Virus record (IMG/VR): IMGVR_UViG_3300025892_000008
Source: a virus
Lineage: Duplodnaviria > Caudoviricetes
Direction: 5' to 3' (one strand)
DNA: 64,000 nucleotides
Shown here piece after piece: positions 45,305 to 54,962 of this stretch (positions within the stretch are counted from its first letter, which is position 1; the number at the start of each line of letters is the position of its first letter). Made by a program: the position numbers and the translations under genes. Under the pieces are notes generated by a model. The model made no database searches and had not been told where the DNA came from. It worked only from the letters and a program-made list of their open reading frames with translations.

Positions 45305-45892
45305 CTATTTTTCCTTTCTTATGAAAAACAGTCCGCTTTCATTAATATGCTTACCGTTTTCATTATTTTGTTTTGTGCCGGTACATAGTTTTCTTATTTC
45401 TTTTGAATCTGCCTCTGCATAGTTAAACCCTCGGGCTTCCATATGTTCTATCCAATATTCTTGCCATTGACAGTTTACATGATGATGTCCACGTTGTCCG
45501 GGAATACCGTGAGTCATAAAGATATATTTGCCACACGTTAATGTTGTTAATAAGTTATCAATATATTTCTCTTCGACATGCTCTACTACTTCAATACAAT
45601 TTACCATTTCAACTTCCGTAGTGTAACTACCTTCTGTTAAGTCAACTCTTCTTGTCGGGTATACTGCATTGTCTACATTTTGTTGTAAACCTTCAATAGC
45701 ATAAGACCTTAATCCTTGTTGTGCAAACCATTTTGAATGATGGCCGTATCCGCTTCCTACATCAAGTACTGATCTAATATTATATTTTTCTATAATATAT
45801 GTCCATGCTTCTGGAGCAAATGTATGTCTGTTTAATGAAACGTTATTACCACCTAAGTGTGGTTGTGTATTATCTATTATTACTTCTGCCAT
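45305..45892 (-). CDS. class I SAM-dependent methyltransferase
   Basis: VLDVGSGYG, CIEVVEHV, HHVNCQ. Confidence 0.85.
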   Translation of the reverse strand: MAEVIIDNTQPHLGGNNVSLNRHTFAPEAWTYIIEKYNIRSVLDVGSGYGHHSKWFAQQGLRSYAIEGLQQNVDNAVYPTRRVDLTEGSYTTEVEMVNCIEVVEHVEEKYIDNLLTTLTCGKYIFMTHGIPGQRGHHHVNCQWQEYWIEHMEARGFNYAEADSKEIRKLCTGTKQNNENGKHINESGLFFIRKEK

Positions 45893-45939
45893 TTAGTCTC
45901 CTTATACAGTTACTTATCTGTATGCCATTTATTATATAC

Positions 45940-46398
45940 TTATAGTGATGCATCATCTAGTCCAGCAGTTCTAAGTTTAACAATATTAGATAACTGCCAT
46001 TGTTTAATGTCTAGTCCTTTAATTATTCCTAGCCATTTGTTACGTAGTAGTGCGAATTCATTTATAATTTTTTCGAAGTCAACAACATCGGCTTCGCCAT
46101 CTACAAATTTTTCAGCGTCTCTTGAGCTTAATTGACGTTGATAATTTTCAACATATTTTCTAAAATGTGTTGCACGTAAACGGCGAAGTTCGATGTTTAA
46201 GTATTCGAGTATTGCTTCAATTTCTTGAAGTTGCCCAAATCGAGTTTCAACAAGTGCTGGCATAACCGACGATGCTTTTTCAATACGACCTGTAATATTT
46301 GTTTCCTTTTTTGCTTGCAATAATTCTGCTTCGTAATATTGTACTGCCGCAGGGATATTGTTTACATCTTTAGAAACTTTATCATACCAATTTGTCAT
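45940..46398 (-). CDS. uvsY: UvsY-like recombination mediator
   Basis: Y.RQLSSRDAEKFVDGE, IKGLDIKQWQLSN; lies next to recA/uvsX. Confidence 0.7.
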   Translation of the reverse strand: MTNWYDKVSKDVNNIPAAVQYYEAELLQAKKETNITGRIEKASSVMPALVETRFGQLQEIEAILEYLNIELRRLRATHFRKYVENYQRQLSSRDAEKFVDGEADVVDFEKIINEFALLRNKWLGIIKGLDIKQWQLSNIVKLRTAGLDDASL

Positions 46399-46399
46399 A

Positions 46400-46621
46400 T
46401 TAATTCCAATCTTCTTCTTCGTCAGTTGGTTCGTCTTCGAGAACATATTCAAGTGCAGCATCAAGATATGTATCTATACCCATCATACCTTCTAATGTTG
46501 ACTCAGGAATATCGTAATCAAGTAATGTATTAACGTATTCTTGAGCAGCCTCTGCTTTATCTTTCTCTGCAATCTTCTCGCTTAAGACACCCCATATGTC
46601 TGCTATCATGTTTGCTTCCAT
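46400..46621 (-). CDS. acidic hypothetical protein
   Basis: ORF between recA and uvsY. Confidence 0.7.
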   Translation of the reverse strand: MEANMIADIWGVLSEKIAEKDKAEAAQEYVNTLLDYDIPESTLEGMMGIDTYLDAALEYVLEDEPTDEEEDWN

Positions 46622-46624
46622 ATC

Positions 46625-47695
46625 TTACTCCGCTACAGGTTCAGTTATCTCCTCTAACTCGACTTCGACTGGTTCTACAGTCTCAGGCTCCTTACCAAGT
46701 TCTTCCATAATTATGTTTAGTTTGTCGCCAGTCCAGTTTTTACGATACTCTAAATGGACTTCTCCATTCAAGTCTGTATATTTAAGTCTATTACCATCTT
46801 TCTTAAGCAAACCTTTTGCTTCAAACAAGTCAACACATCCACTGTATGGATCCATTCCTGTTTCATATGGAATCTGTACTTGTACTGCTTCAAACGGCTT
46901 TGCATAACGTGTTTTCATTACCTTACACGCAGCACGAATACCTTGTACTGTAGTAGTCTTATTACCATCTGCGTCTACTTTTAGTTTAAGTTTACGCATA
47001 GCAACAACAATACTTGATGCATATATAAAGCCTTGTCCACCACTAATCTTGTCATCTGGATCAAACATATCTTGTGATGCATATGTGTGGTTAGTACATA
47101 CCATACCTACGTTATAACTACCAATCATATTAACAGTATTACGTACAAGTGATGTTAGTGCTTTAGGCTTACGACCCATATCACCTTTCATATCACCTTT
47201 GTTAAACTGATCAACATCTGTAGGTGTTAGTAACATACCAAGTGAGTCAATTACAAACAATACTTTAGGGCGTTCTTCTTCTGCCATATCTCTGTATTCT
47301 TTCATAAACTCTGATATTGTTTTAGCAACATCATCAATCATGCTCATGTTAAGTTTAAGAATCTTTTCTGGAGATGTGTCTACATCTAATGCGTGTAGCC
47401 ATTTCTCATCTAAGGCATTCTCTGTGTCAATTAGTACTACAAAGATACCTTGTTCTTGTGCCGATTTTACAATATTACCGGCAGCAATATATGATTTACC
47501 TGCACCCGATTCTCCTGCTAATACAGTTACCTTGCCTAGTGGAACACCTTTGTGGAAGTCGCCACTTACAAGATAGTTAAGTGCATAGTTGCCTGTGCTG
47601 ATCCAATCTGTAGGATCATTAAAGCCAATACCAAGTCCGTCAATAGACTTTGTAAGACTTTTTCTAAATTTAGTTACGTCAAACGCTTTTGCCAT
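46625..47695 (-). CDS. uvsX: RecA/UvsX recombinase
   Basis: GESGAGKS, IDTENAL, VIDSLG, SGGQG..YAS. Confidence 0.93.
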   Translation of the reverse strand: MAKAFDVTKFRKSLTKSIDGLGIGFNDPTDWISTGNYALNYLVSGDFHKGVPLGKVTVLAGESGAGKSYIAAGNIVKSAQEQGIFVVLIDTENALDEKWLHALDVDTSPEKILKLNMSMIDDVAKTISEFMKEYRDMAEEERPKVLFVIDSLGMLLTPTDVDQFNKGDMKGDMGRKPKALTSLVRNTVNMIGSYNVGMVCTNHTYASQDMFDPDDKISGGQGFIYASSIVVAMRKLKLKVDADGNKTTTVQGIRAACKVMKTRYAKPFEAVQVQIPYETGMDPYSGCVDLFEAKGLLKKDGNRLKYTDLNGEVHLEYRKNWTGDKLNIIMEELGKEPETVEPVEVELEEITEPVAE

Positions 47696-47775
47696 AATTA
47701 CCTTTCCTTTGTTAAAGTATGAGAGACCTCGCTGGTTACCGTAAGGAGGTTTTTGCCGGAACTCTCATAAACTCT

Positions 47776-48774
47776 TTATTGTTGTCTATTACGGATCATT
47801 GCTAAAATGTCCTGTGCTCTGTTAGCACTGTCGCCACCTTCTGCTGGAGCCGCTTCAGCCACTGGTGCTGTAGTTGCTGCAGGAGCCGGAGCAGTTTCTG
47901 CTACTGGAGCAGGTGCCGCCGCTGGCGCTGGTGTTGCCGCTGGAGTACTTTGAGCTTTGTTTGGATCACCTGTACGTTGTGACACACCCGCTGGACGGAA
48001 GTATTGTCCCCATCTGTCCATATCGTATGCTTCACCATCTACTGATGCTTCGAACATTTCTTTCATTACTTTAAGTTCAACTTCGCCTGGCTTCTTAGGA
48101 AGGAAGTCTGACAAGTTAAACACACCGTTTGAGTCAACTGCTGCTTTTTCTTCATCGCTCAATGCACGCTCTCTACGTGACCACTGTGATGTTGAATAAT
48201 CAGCATAACCACCTTTAGAAGTTTTCTTGATTCTAAAGTCTACACCCTTCATAAAATCAGTTGGCAATTCTTCCAATTCAGGATCCATTAATGCACCCTT
48301 AATAATTTGGAAAATTTGTGGACCAATAATAAAACGTCTAATTGGATTTTCTGGAGTTGAATCCTCACCAATCGGATCTTCGTTTACAAAGCCTTGGAAA
48401 ATGTAAGAACGCTTTTTCCAATACTTACGACCCATATCTTCAAGACTCTTATCTTTAAACCATGGACGTACTTCTGTTAGAATCGGACAAGTAGTACCAT
48501 CGTTGTACATTTCCACACATGGAACCTGCACAATTAAGTTACGGTTATCTGATTCGCCTTTAATACCTGCGAAAGGTAATTTAATCATCGCACGTTCTAC
48601 CCAAAAGAATGTGTTGTCAGTGTTACCGTCTGGTAAGAATCTTACCACGGCTTCCTTGCCTTCTTGCATATTCCAATGTGGGTAAATTGCGTTGTCTCCG
48701 CCTCCAGTAGAATTACCAGATGAGCGATTTTGTTGTTCCGCTAGTTTTGCGCGGATCTCTGCTAATGATGCCAT
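47776..48774 (-). CDS. ssDNA-binding protein (T4 gp32-like)
   Basis: VRFLPD, CPIL, GPQIF..I, G.DF.IKK..KGGYADYSTS.W; Ala/Pro-rich tail. Confidence 0.88.
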   Translation of the reverse strand: MASLAEIRAKLAEQQNRSSGNSTGGGDNAIYPHWNMQEGKEAVVRFLPDGNTDNTFFWVERAMIKLPFAGIKGESDNRNLIVQVPCVEMYNDGTTCPILTEVRPWFKDKSLEDMGRKYWKKRSYIFQGFVNEDPIGEDSTPENPIRRFIIGPQIFQIIKGALMDPELEELPTDFMKGVDFRIKKTSKGGYADYSTSQWSRRERALSDEEKAAVDSNGVFNLSDFLPKKPGEVELKVMKEMFEASVDGEAYDMDRWGQYFRPAGVSQRTGDPNKAQSTPAATPAPAAAPAPVAETAPAPAATTAPVAEAAPAEGGDSANRAQDILAMIRNRQQ

Positions 48775-48896
48775 TTTGTAGCCTCCTTTGTTTGCCTAAT
48801 TTAAATGTCATTTATGCCTTATGCATACGTACTATTATATGCAACTTTATTTATCTTGTCAAGTGTATTTTTAACTAAATGTGATTTTGTTTAGCC

Positions 48897-48923
48897 AAAA
48901 GGAAAGGATCCGAAGATCCTTTC
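48897..48923 (-). terminator. intrinsic terminator with UUCG loop downstream of pqqA
   Basis: GAAAGGATC-TTCG-GATCCTTTC-CTTTT on the minus strand. Confidence 0.8.
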
Positions 48924-48963
48924 TTTATTCGCAGTCTAATGTTTCTATTAGTCTGCTCATATC

Positions 48964-48988
48964 TACTTCTACTTCTACTTCTACTTCT
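48964..48988. repeat. (TACTTC)x4 short tandem repeat
   Basis: Direct read of the sequence. Confidence 0.8.
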
Positions 48989-48992
48989 TTGT

Positions 48993-49064
48993 CTATCGGT
49001 TGGCTATGTACATCGTTACTTCGAAGCCGAATCTCATCTCTATTGCTTGAGGTTTTGTCCACAT
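48993..49064 (-). CDS. pqqA: PQQ precursor peptide PqqA (23 aa, not in ORF track)
   Basis: [23 protein letters not shown] with the ExxxY motif and GFEV context; AAAGGA RBS. Confidence 0.92.
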   Translation of the reverse strand: MWTKPQAIEMRFGFEVTMYIANR

Positions 49065-49157
49065 ATTGATTTCCTTTATATAAAAAAAATAGTGTAGCAG
49101 TTTCCTACTACACTATTATTTAAACATCTTTACGTATAAAATCAATACGTAAAATCA

Positions 49158-52106
49158 TTAAAATTTAATAAGATCTTTAATTCTACCTAGTTCTTCTAGT
49201 TCGTCTGCGCCTTGTTCTTGTGCAGGAGCCATTCTCTCTACCATCTTACGTGCAACCTGCTCAGCCTGTTCACCAAACTTCTTGCCTACCATTGTTGCTA
49301 CACCTTCTGGGCCTTTTGGAAAAGTGCCTGTAGTACTATCATAAAAAGATTTAATAAATTCTGCTAAACCTTCTAATGTGTGTTCTTCACCATCTGATGT
49401 TTTAAACTTAGTGCCTTTCTTAGCACCTTGTGCTTTAAGAGACGAAACTTTATCGCCGTATTCGTTTCCTTCAGTTTCTTGTCCTTCTAAATCAACAGGC
49501 TCACCCATTACATCTTCAGCGTCTACATCACGTTTTACTTTTTCAAGTCCGTGCTTTTTAATTTTTTCGATATAGTCTTTGGTAATCATATCAGCATATG
49601 CATCATCAGCATCTTTGCCGCCTGTTATTTCTGCTTCTAGTTGCTTAATGCATTCTTCTTCACTATCACAGTTTGAAATAATTTCCATTCCACCTGTAAG
49701 TGCCATATCCCAAGCATTACCACCTTCTGAAACTGATCCTTCTTGTGGTGCTTGATTGTCCATATAATCTTGCATAACCCACATATGAAATTCTTCCATT
49801 CCTTCTAATTCTTCCATATCTCCGGAGTCAACTTCTGTACCGTCTGTGTAATACACAGGAGCATTTACATTAAACATCTCATCACTAACATCTTGCATGT
49901 CGTAATCTAGTTTGTCCATATCAACTTCTTTGCCTTTAAACATTATTGGATCATTCATTTGTCCATAATATCCACCGGCTTCTTGTGTTTTGCTATAAGA
50001 TTCGCCTGACAGTTTCATAATATCATTTAGTTCATCTGCTTCAGGATCTTTGCCTTTGAAACCTTTGAATGCACTACCGCCACCTTTTAACTCTGGTTGC
50101 GTATCTTTGTAGTCATCATCGGAGTCTTTGTTCATTAATTCTTCTTGATGCTTTTTAAGTTCATCAATAGTGTCAAATGGTCCGCCTGTAATTTTCTTAT
50201 CTTTAATACTAAAGAACATACCGTCCTTTTGAATAGCAGCAAGTCCATACTTGTTCATACCCATTGATGGATCTTTCATAAACTTACTTGTCACACCTTC
50301 TTCTTGTTGTGGTTCAACTTCGGCTGCGCCTGCTGTTGGCTCATCAATCATATCACCAAAATCTAATTCGGATAATACGTCTGGTGCATTTTCTTCAACC
50401 CAAGCCTTAACCATAGGACGAACATCTGCTTCTGGCTCTGCCTTTTTAATATCTTGCTCTAGTTTAGGATCTTCAATAATGCCTTCTAAACTTTGAATAG
50501 CATTAATACCTTCTACGCCTGCTTGGAATTCTGTCTTAAGCATTCCATTTAGTTTTTTAACCATGTCTGACTTTTGTTCTTCGTCTGCCGTTGTTAGTGG
50601 AGATTCTTCGCCTAGTTGATTAACCCAATTTTCAAACTTTGCAAAGCCTTCCATACCACCAGCATAAGCATCTGCGGCTGGACGGCCTTTTGGTCCTTTG
50701 TTACCTTGCTCCTGATCTTGATGTTCTTGAGCACCTAATATTTTAAGACATTTCTTACCTGTCTCATAAACGTCTGCTGGATCTGCATCAATCATATCTC
50801 TCATCGCTGAATAACAACTTAATGTTTTATCGTCGGCTTTAAGATGCATGTTGGCAAAGTGGTCTCCCATTTCATCTGCAATATGATCATTGTCAGTAAA
50901 GTCGTCACTGGCTTTATTCATTAAATGATAGATGTCGCCTTCTAGCTCGTCTTTAAGTTCTTCTGCATTTAGTTGACTATTATTTTCTATGTCTTCTGGA
51001 CCAAATAAATTAAGTTCTTCTGGATCTGTAATTCTATCTGCCTTATCAAATGCATCTTCCATGCCTGTCATTGCGACTATGTCGTCATAGCCTACAGTTT
51101 CTTCTTCCTTCATTAATTTATAAATGATAGGAAATGCGTTAGCAATATCTTCTTTAAAGTTTTTAACTGTAAATTTTTCTGTGTATTCTTTCATTACATC
51201 ATCTGGTATTTCCATTGCCTCTGGCTCTTGGAATTCTGCTACATAGTTTTCGTAATGTGCCTGTTTAGATAATTTTGCAATTCTTTCTCTTAACCCGTTG
51301 AGCTGTGCTTTGCTGCGTTCAACAATTGAATTAGTGTCGGAGTTCATTAAATCGTTACGTACACAGTAATTTGTAAAACTTTTTAGTTGAGCAATTTCTT
51401 CGCTTGTTTTAATAATGCTTTCGCCGATAGCATCATATGGTAACCCGCCGTTAGCCACATGTCGCTGCATAGCTCTTGCACCTGCTAAGTGAACAAAAGG
51501 ATATTTAAATCTTTCACCGTCTTGGTTCTCAACAAATAGTGCAGAAATATTTCTACTTCTATCACCTGGTTTTTGTTCAAAGTCATCAGCAAGTTTCTTG
51601 CTGTGCTTAATAATTAATCTCGTGTCTTCCAACTTTTGGAAACTTTGTGTTTTCGTTCCATAAAGATTACTCTCATTCATTACTGCTTCTCCGACGGGTT
51701 TAGTTATTGTATCGTTATCCGATTGTGGCGTTGAGTGTTGACTAAGGAAAGCATAATCACGTTTGTCTAAATTATCCTTTGCAATGTCTCTAGTATCAAA
51801 TGCCAATAGTCTGCGTTTTGCAAACATTCTAAGTTCTTTTAGGAAAGCGTACCAATTACCTTTTTGATCTTGGTCCATACCTTCGGTAATACCACTCGAA
51901 AAGTATACCTTCATTGAATTAGGTTCTGCTAAACTAATGCTTACATGCCCTATGTTTTTATCGTTTTCCATGTAGTCAAAATCAAAGAAACGAGCATTTT
52001 CAGGGTTAATTGTAATTTGCCCTGTTGATTCGCCTAGTTTTAAACCTGTAAATCTACTTCTAATTTTATAGAACAGATCGGTTGAAATGTTGTTGGTTGC
52101 ATCCAT
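49158..52106 (-). CDS. large acidic head-associated protein (internal or core-like, modular)
   Basis: Coupled to the terminase gene; TAAATA-N5-ATG at 52106; very acidic modular C-terminal two-thirds. Confidence 0.55.
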   Translation of the reverse strand: MDATNNISTDLFYKIRSRFTGLKLGESTGQITINPENARFFDFDYMENDKNIGHVSISLAEPNSMKVYFSSGITEGMDQDQKGNWYAFLKELRMFAKRRLLAFDTRDIAKDNLDKRDYAFLSQHSTPQSDNDTITKPVGEAVMNESNLYGTKTQSFQKLEDTRLIIKHSKKLADDFEQKPGDRSRNISALFVENQDGERFKYPFVHLAGARAMQRHVANGGLPYDAIGESIIKTSEEIAQLKSFTNYCVRNDLMNSDTNSIVERSKAQLNGLRERIAKLSKQAHYENYVAEFQEPEAMEIPDDVMKEYTEKFTVKNFKEDIANAFPIIYKLMKEEETVGYDDIVAMTGMEDAFDKADRITDPEELNLFGPEDIENNSQLNAEELKDELEGDIYHLMNKASDDFTDNDHIADEMGDHFANMHLKADDKTLSCYSAMRDMIDADPADVYETGKKCLKILGAQEHQDQEQGNKGPKGRPAADAYAGGMEGFAKFENWVNQLGEESPLTTADEEQKSDMVKKLNGMLKTEFQAGVEGINAIQSLEGIIEDPKLEQDIKKAEPEADVRPMVKAWVEENAPDVLSELDFGDMIDEPTAGAAEVEPQQEEGVTSKFMKDPSMGMNKYGLAAIQKDGMFFSIKDKKITGGPFDTIDELKKHQEELMNKDSDDDYKDTQPELKGGGSAFKGFKGKDPEADELNDIMKLSGESYSKTQEAGGYYGQMNDPIMFKGKEVDMDKLDYDMQDVSDEMFNVNAPVYYTDGTEVDSGDMEELEGMEEFHMWVMQDYMDNQAPQEGSVSEGGNAWDMALTGGMEIISNCDSEEECIKQLEAEITGGKDADDAYADMITKDYIEKIKKHGLEKVKRDVDAEDVMGEPVDLEGQETEGNEYGDKVSSLKAQGAKKGTKFKTSDGEEHTLEGLAEFIKSFYDSTTGTFPKGPEGVATMVGKKFGEQAEQVARKMVERMAPAQEQGADELEELGRIKDLIKF

Positions 52107-52117
52107 ATTATTATTTA

Positions 52118-53707
52118 TCAAAAACCGCCGCTTATGAATATAGGCATTGGGTACTGGTCTTCGGTCATTCTCTCCGTCATTTTTTCATATATTTTAGGAT
52201 CCCAATCAGCCAATTGACTTGCCATGCGTATGATTAGTAAGCAAGCACTGACTAAATCGTCATGTTCGCCTGTTTTAGCACCGTATCCTACACCGTGTGC
52301 TACAAATGTCTTTAACTCTGATATTAACGGTTTACTATTAATCTTCAACTTGTTTCTTTCTAGTGCATTTTTAAAAGTGCTACAGGCAGTAATCTTTGTT
52401 TTGTGTGTGGTGTTAAATCCTTTTCTAAATTTTCTTACATGTCCTTTTCTCATAGGTTCACTTAGGAATAGCCCGTGGAAGTTTTCTTCACCTATATCTT
52501 TAATAACAACTAATGCTGCTTCGCCTATGGTGTTATTCTCACAACTGTAATATATTGTAGGATTTGCATTGCCGCCGGCAGTTTGTTCATCATAAATGTA
52601 TTTTAAGATGCTCTTTAAATGTCTTATCTGTTGCTGTATAGGTGTAAGATTGTGTCTCCATTCTCCAACCTGTTCCATTGCAGGCATTTCAAATATCTGT
52701 ATGGCTGAGTAGTCGCCACCAGTTCCTAGTGATGGATCAAGTGATAACAAATAAGTTGCTTTAGGATTAATTTTTTTATACCAACGTGTTTGCCCCATAT
52801 TTTGAATTGGTTCTTTGCCTTCAAGTTCAGCAAGTTTCACACTATTAATTAATGTTTCATCAAAGATTAAAAATTCGCAATCAAACTCACGACGGAATCG
52901 TTCGTCTCCAATTTTGGAACGTTCTTCTGCTGCCCATGCATCATCTCTATCTGGATGCTCTGTCCATGGAGCAAAATAAGGATAGAAGCCGTTGGTTCCT
53001 ACAACGTTGTCATTACCAAATTCGTCAAACTTTTTATTTGCTTCTGTCCAAATCATAGCAAACTGATCTTCATCTGAGTTTGGTGTGCTTGTAACAATCG
53101 CTTTACCACCTGTTGACAGTGTAGGAGAAAGTGCAGTCCAAAACTCTTTGGCTTTTTCTGGTGGTTGCACAAACGCAAACTCATCACAGTATATTAATGA
53201 AAGTGATTTACCACGTCCAGTATCTTCTGTTGTGGTTGTTGCTTGTATTCTACTGCCGTTATCAAATTCAATTGTGTTTCTGTTGTATGTATAGATACCA
53301 GCACGAACAAAGTCAGGCAATGTTTCATACCCGTATCTAAATCTGTTCATGATGTCCTGCGCACCTGTATATTTGTGTGCAGCAATTAGCACCTGCGATT
53401 CAGGAGTAAACATTGTATACCATAATAAATATCCAGCAGCACAGGTTGTCTTGCCCATCTGTCTTGGTAGCATAGCAACACAGTATCTGTTTTCTGCATA
53501 TGCTTGAATTAGTTCTCGTTGAAATCCATAAGGTACAAACTTCATTGAACCTTTTACAGGGTGTTGAATGGTTAGAAAGTTTTCACAAAAGTATAATGGA
53601 CCCGTGATAGGATCCATACAAGCCTCTAAGTGCTTGACTTCCTCTAGTGTATATTTTTGCTTTTCATGGGCTTTCTTAATCTGAACGCCATCTAAACTCT
53701 TTGCCAT
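52118..53707 (-). CDS. terminase large subunit (gp17-like)
   Basis: PRQMGKTT, YCDEFAF, STPN, FRREF.CEF, LDPSLG.GGDYS, HDDLV. Confidence 0.95.
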   Translation of the reverse strand: MAKSLDGVQIKKAHEKQKYTLEEVKHLEACMDPITGPLYFCENFLTIQHPVKGSMKFVPYGFQRELIQAYAENRYCVAMLPRQMGKTTCAAGYLLWYTMFTPESQVLIAAHKYTGAQDIMNRFRYGYETLPDFVRAGIYTYNRNTIEFDNGSRIQATTTTEDTGRGKSLSLIYCDEFAFVQPPEKAKEFWTALSPTLSTGGKAIVTSTPNSDEDQFAMIWTEANKKFDEFGNDNVVGTNGFYPYFAPWTEHPDRDDAWAAEERSKIGDERFRREFDCEFLIFDETLINSVKLAELEGKEPIQNMGQTRWYKKINPKATYLLSLDPSLGTGGDYSAIQIFEMPAMEQVGEWRHNLTPIQQQIRHLKSILKYIYDEQTAGGNANPTIYYSCENNTIGEAALVVIKDIGEENFHGLFLSEPMRKGHVRKFRKGFNTTHKTKITACSTFKNALERNKLKINSKPLISELKTFVAHGVGYGAKTGEHDDLVSACLLIIRMASQLADWDPKIYEKMTERMTEDQYPMPIFISGGF

Positions 53708-53721
53708 ACTAGTATTTATAG

Positions 53722-53748
53722 AAGGAAATAGGCTCCGAAGAGCCTATT
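53722..53748 (-). terminator. intrinsic terminator with UUCG loop
   Basis: AATAGGCTC-TTCG-GAGCCTATT-TCC. Confidence 0.7.
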
Positions 53749-53771
53749 TGGATAGTATAAAACGTACTAAC

Positions 53772-54206
53772 TTATGCTAGTTCTAGTGTAGTTTTTACTG
53801 TGCAAGTTACGCCAGTAAAATCAATTTGTGCTGGTGTAGCACCTGATAAATCAGTTAGTGCAATAATCTCATCTTCGATTTGCTCAACAAGTGTTTCAGC
53901 ACCTGCACCATCATAATCTAATGAATCATTTGGTTGCTCAACTACAAGTGCAAACTTTTGGTTTGTACCATATAGTGCGCCACGAATAACAACAGTACAA
54001 TATTTTTCGACAATACGCATAATGCTTTCAATTGCTAAACCGCTTCCTGTTTGAGCATTTACTGCTGCGCCACATGCAACTTCAAAAACTGTTAAAGTTT
54101 TGTTACCGTTGTAATGTATTGCTGTCATATCAGCGTATGGTTTTCTGTTTGCAGCCACTAATACTGCACTACCGCCGCCGATTGTTGCTTGTGTTAAATC
54201 TGCCAT
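53772..54206 (-). CDS. putative virion structural protein
   Basis: AAGGAG RBS; small-residue-rich; in the structural cluster. Confidence 0.6.
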   Translation of the reverse strand: MADLTQATIGGGSAVLVAANRKPYADMTAIHYNGNKTLTVFEVACGAAVNAQTGSGLAIESIMRIVEKYCTVVIRGALYGTNQKFALVVEQPNDSLDYDGAGAETLVEQIEDEIIALTDLSGATPAQIDFTGVTCTVKTTLELA

Positions 54207-54208
54207 CT

Positions 54209-54961
54209 TTATGCTCCTTTATGTTCTTCTAATGCTTTTAGCAATTGGTCTTTGATAGAAGCACGTAAGTCTGATTCCCCAACTTTCTGCATAGGATTAT
54301 CTCCGCCTGCAACTTTTGGATGTGTTCCTTTACGTCTATGCATACCACCTGCTGTTTTTTGAGTAATGTAATCAATATCTTTATACTCTTCGTCAGGCTC
54401 ATTTGCGTATGCTTCTTCTTTATCTTTATCATCTTCCTTATCATCTTTTTCCATATCATGATCGTCCATATCATGATCGCTGTCACCGTCTTTATCAAGT
54501 GACTTAATCATAACGTGATCTTTGTCATGGTCTTTTGGAAGATCCATTGAATCTTTTTCTCCGCCTGGCATATCGTCATTGTCGTCATCAAAGTCCGGAA
54601 TTAATTTATTAATTGGCTTTGGCATTGGCGGCATATCTGGACCTTCTGGTCCGTCCATTGGTCCGTCCATTCCTGGTGACATAATAGACAATGTAGGCAT
54701 TTCAGGTTTTTCTGGTTGGTTGATCATATCAGGATTAACTTTAGTCATTAATCTTAAAATATCATCAATTGCATCGCCTTGTGCATTTATATTAATACTC
54801 ATTGACGCTTTGTCTTTCTGCTCTGCGGGTGGCATATTAGGTGCCATCATTGGCGGCATTTCGTTCATTCCGCATTCATCTGTGCTTTGATCTAAAGGTG
54901 CTGCTTCAGTTTTTGCTGTATCAATTTCCTGCATCTTTGATAGTAGTTCATGAAAGTTCAT
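54209..54961 (-). CDS. acidic low-complexity head-associated protein
   Basis: Asp/Met/Pro-rich; N-terminus MNFHELL. Confidence 0.6.
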   Translation of the reverse strand: MNFHELLSKMQEIDTAKTEAAPLDQSTDECGMNEMPPMMAPNMPPAEQKDKASMSININAQGDAIDDILRLMTKVNPDMINQPEKPEMPTLSIMSPGMDGPMDGPEGPDMPPMPKPINKLIPDFDDDNDDMPGGEKDSMDLPKDHDKDHVMIKSLDKDGDSDHDMDDHDMEKDDKEDDKDKEEAYANEPDEEYKDIDYITQKTAGGMHRRKGTHPKVAGGDNPMQKVGESDLRASIKDQLLKALEEHKGA

Positions 54962-54962
54962 G

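Noticed and set aside
47820-47950. Ala/Pro-rich repeats in the SSB tail
   Set aside because: An ordinary low-complexity linker.
48964-48988. (TACTTC)4 as a phase-variation switch
   Set aside because: It lies in the 3' UTR after the pqqA stop, and a hexamer unit would not shift frame.
48881-49069. Plus-strand ORF 48881..49069
   Set aside because: Antisense shadow of pqqA and its terminator.
21100-53707. Inteins or group I introns in helicase, UvsX or terminase
   Set aside because: Protein lengths and motif spacing are normal and the ORFs are uninterrupted.
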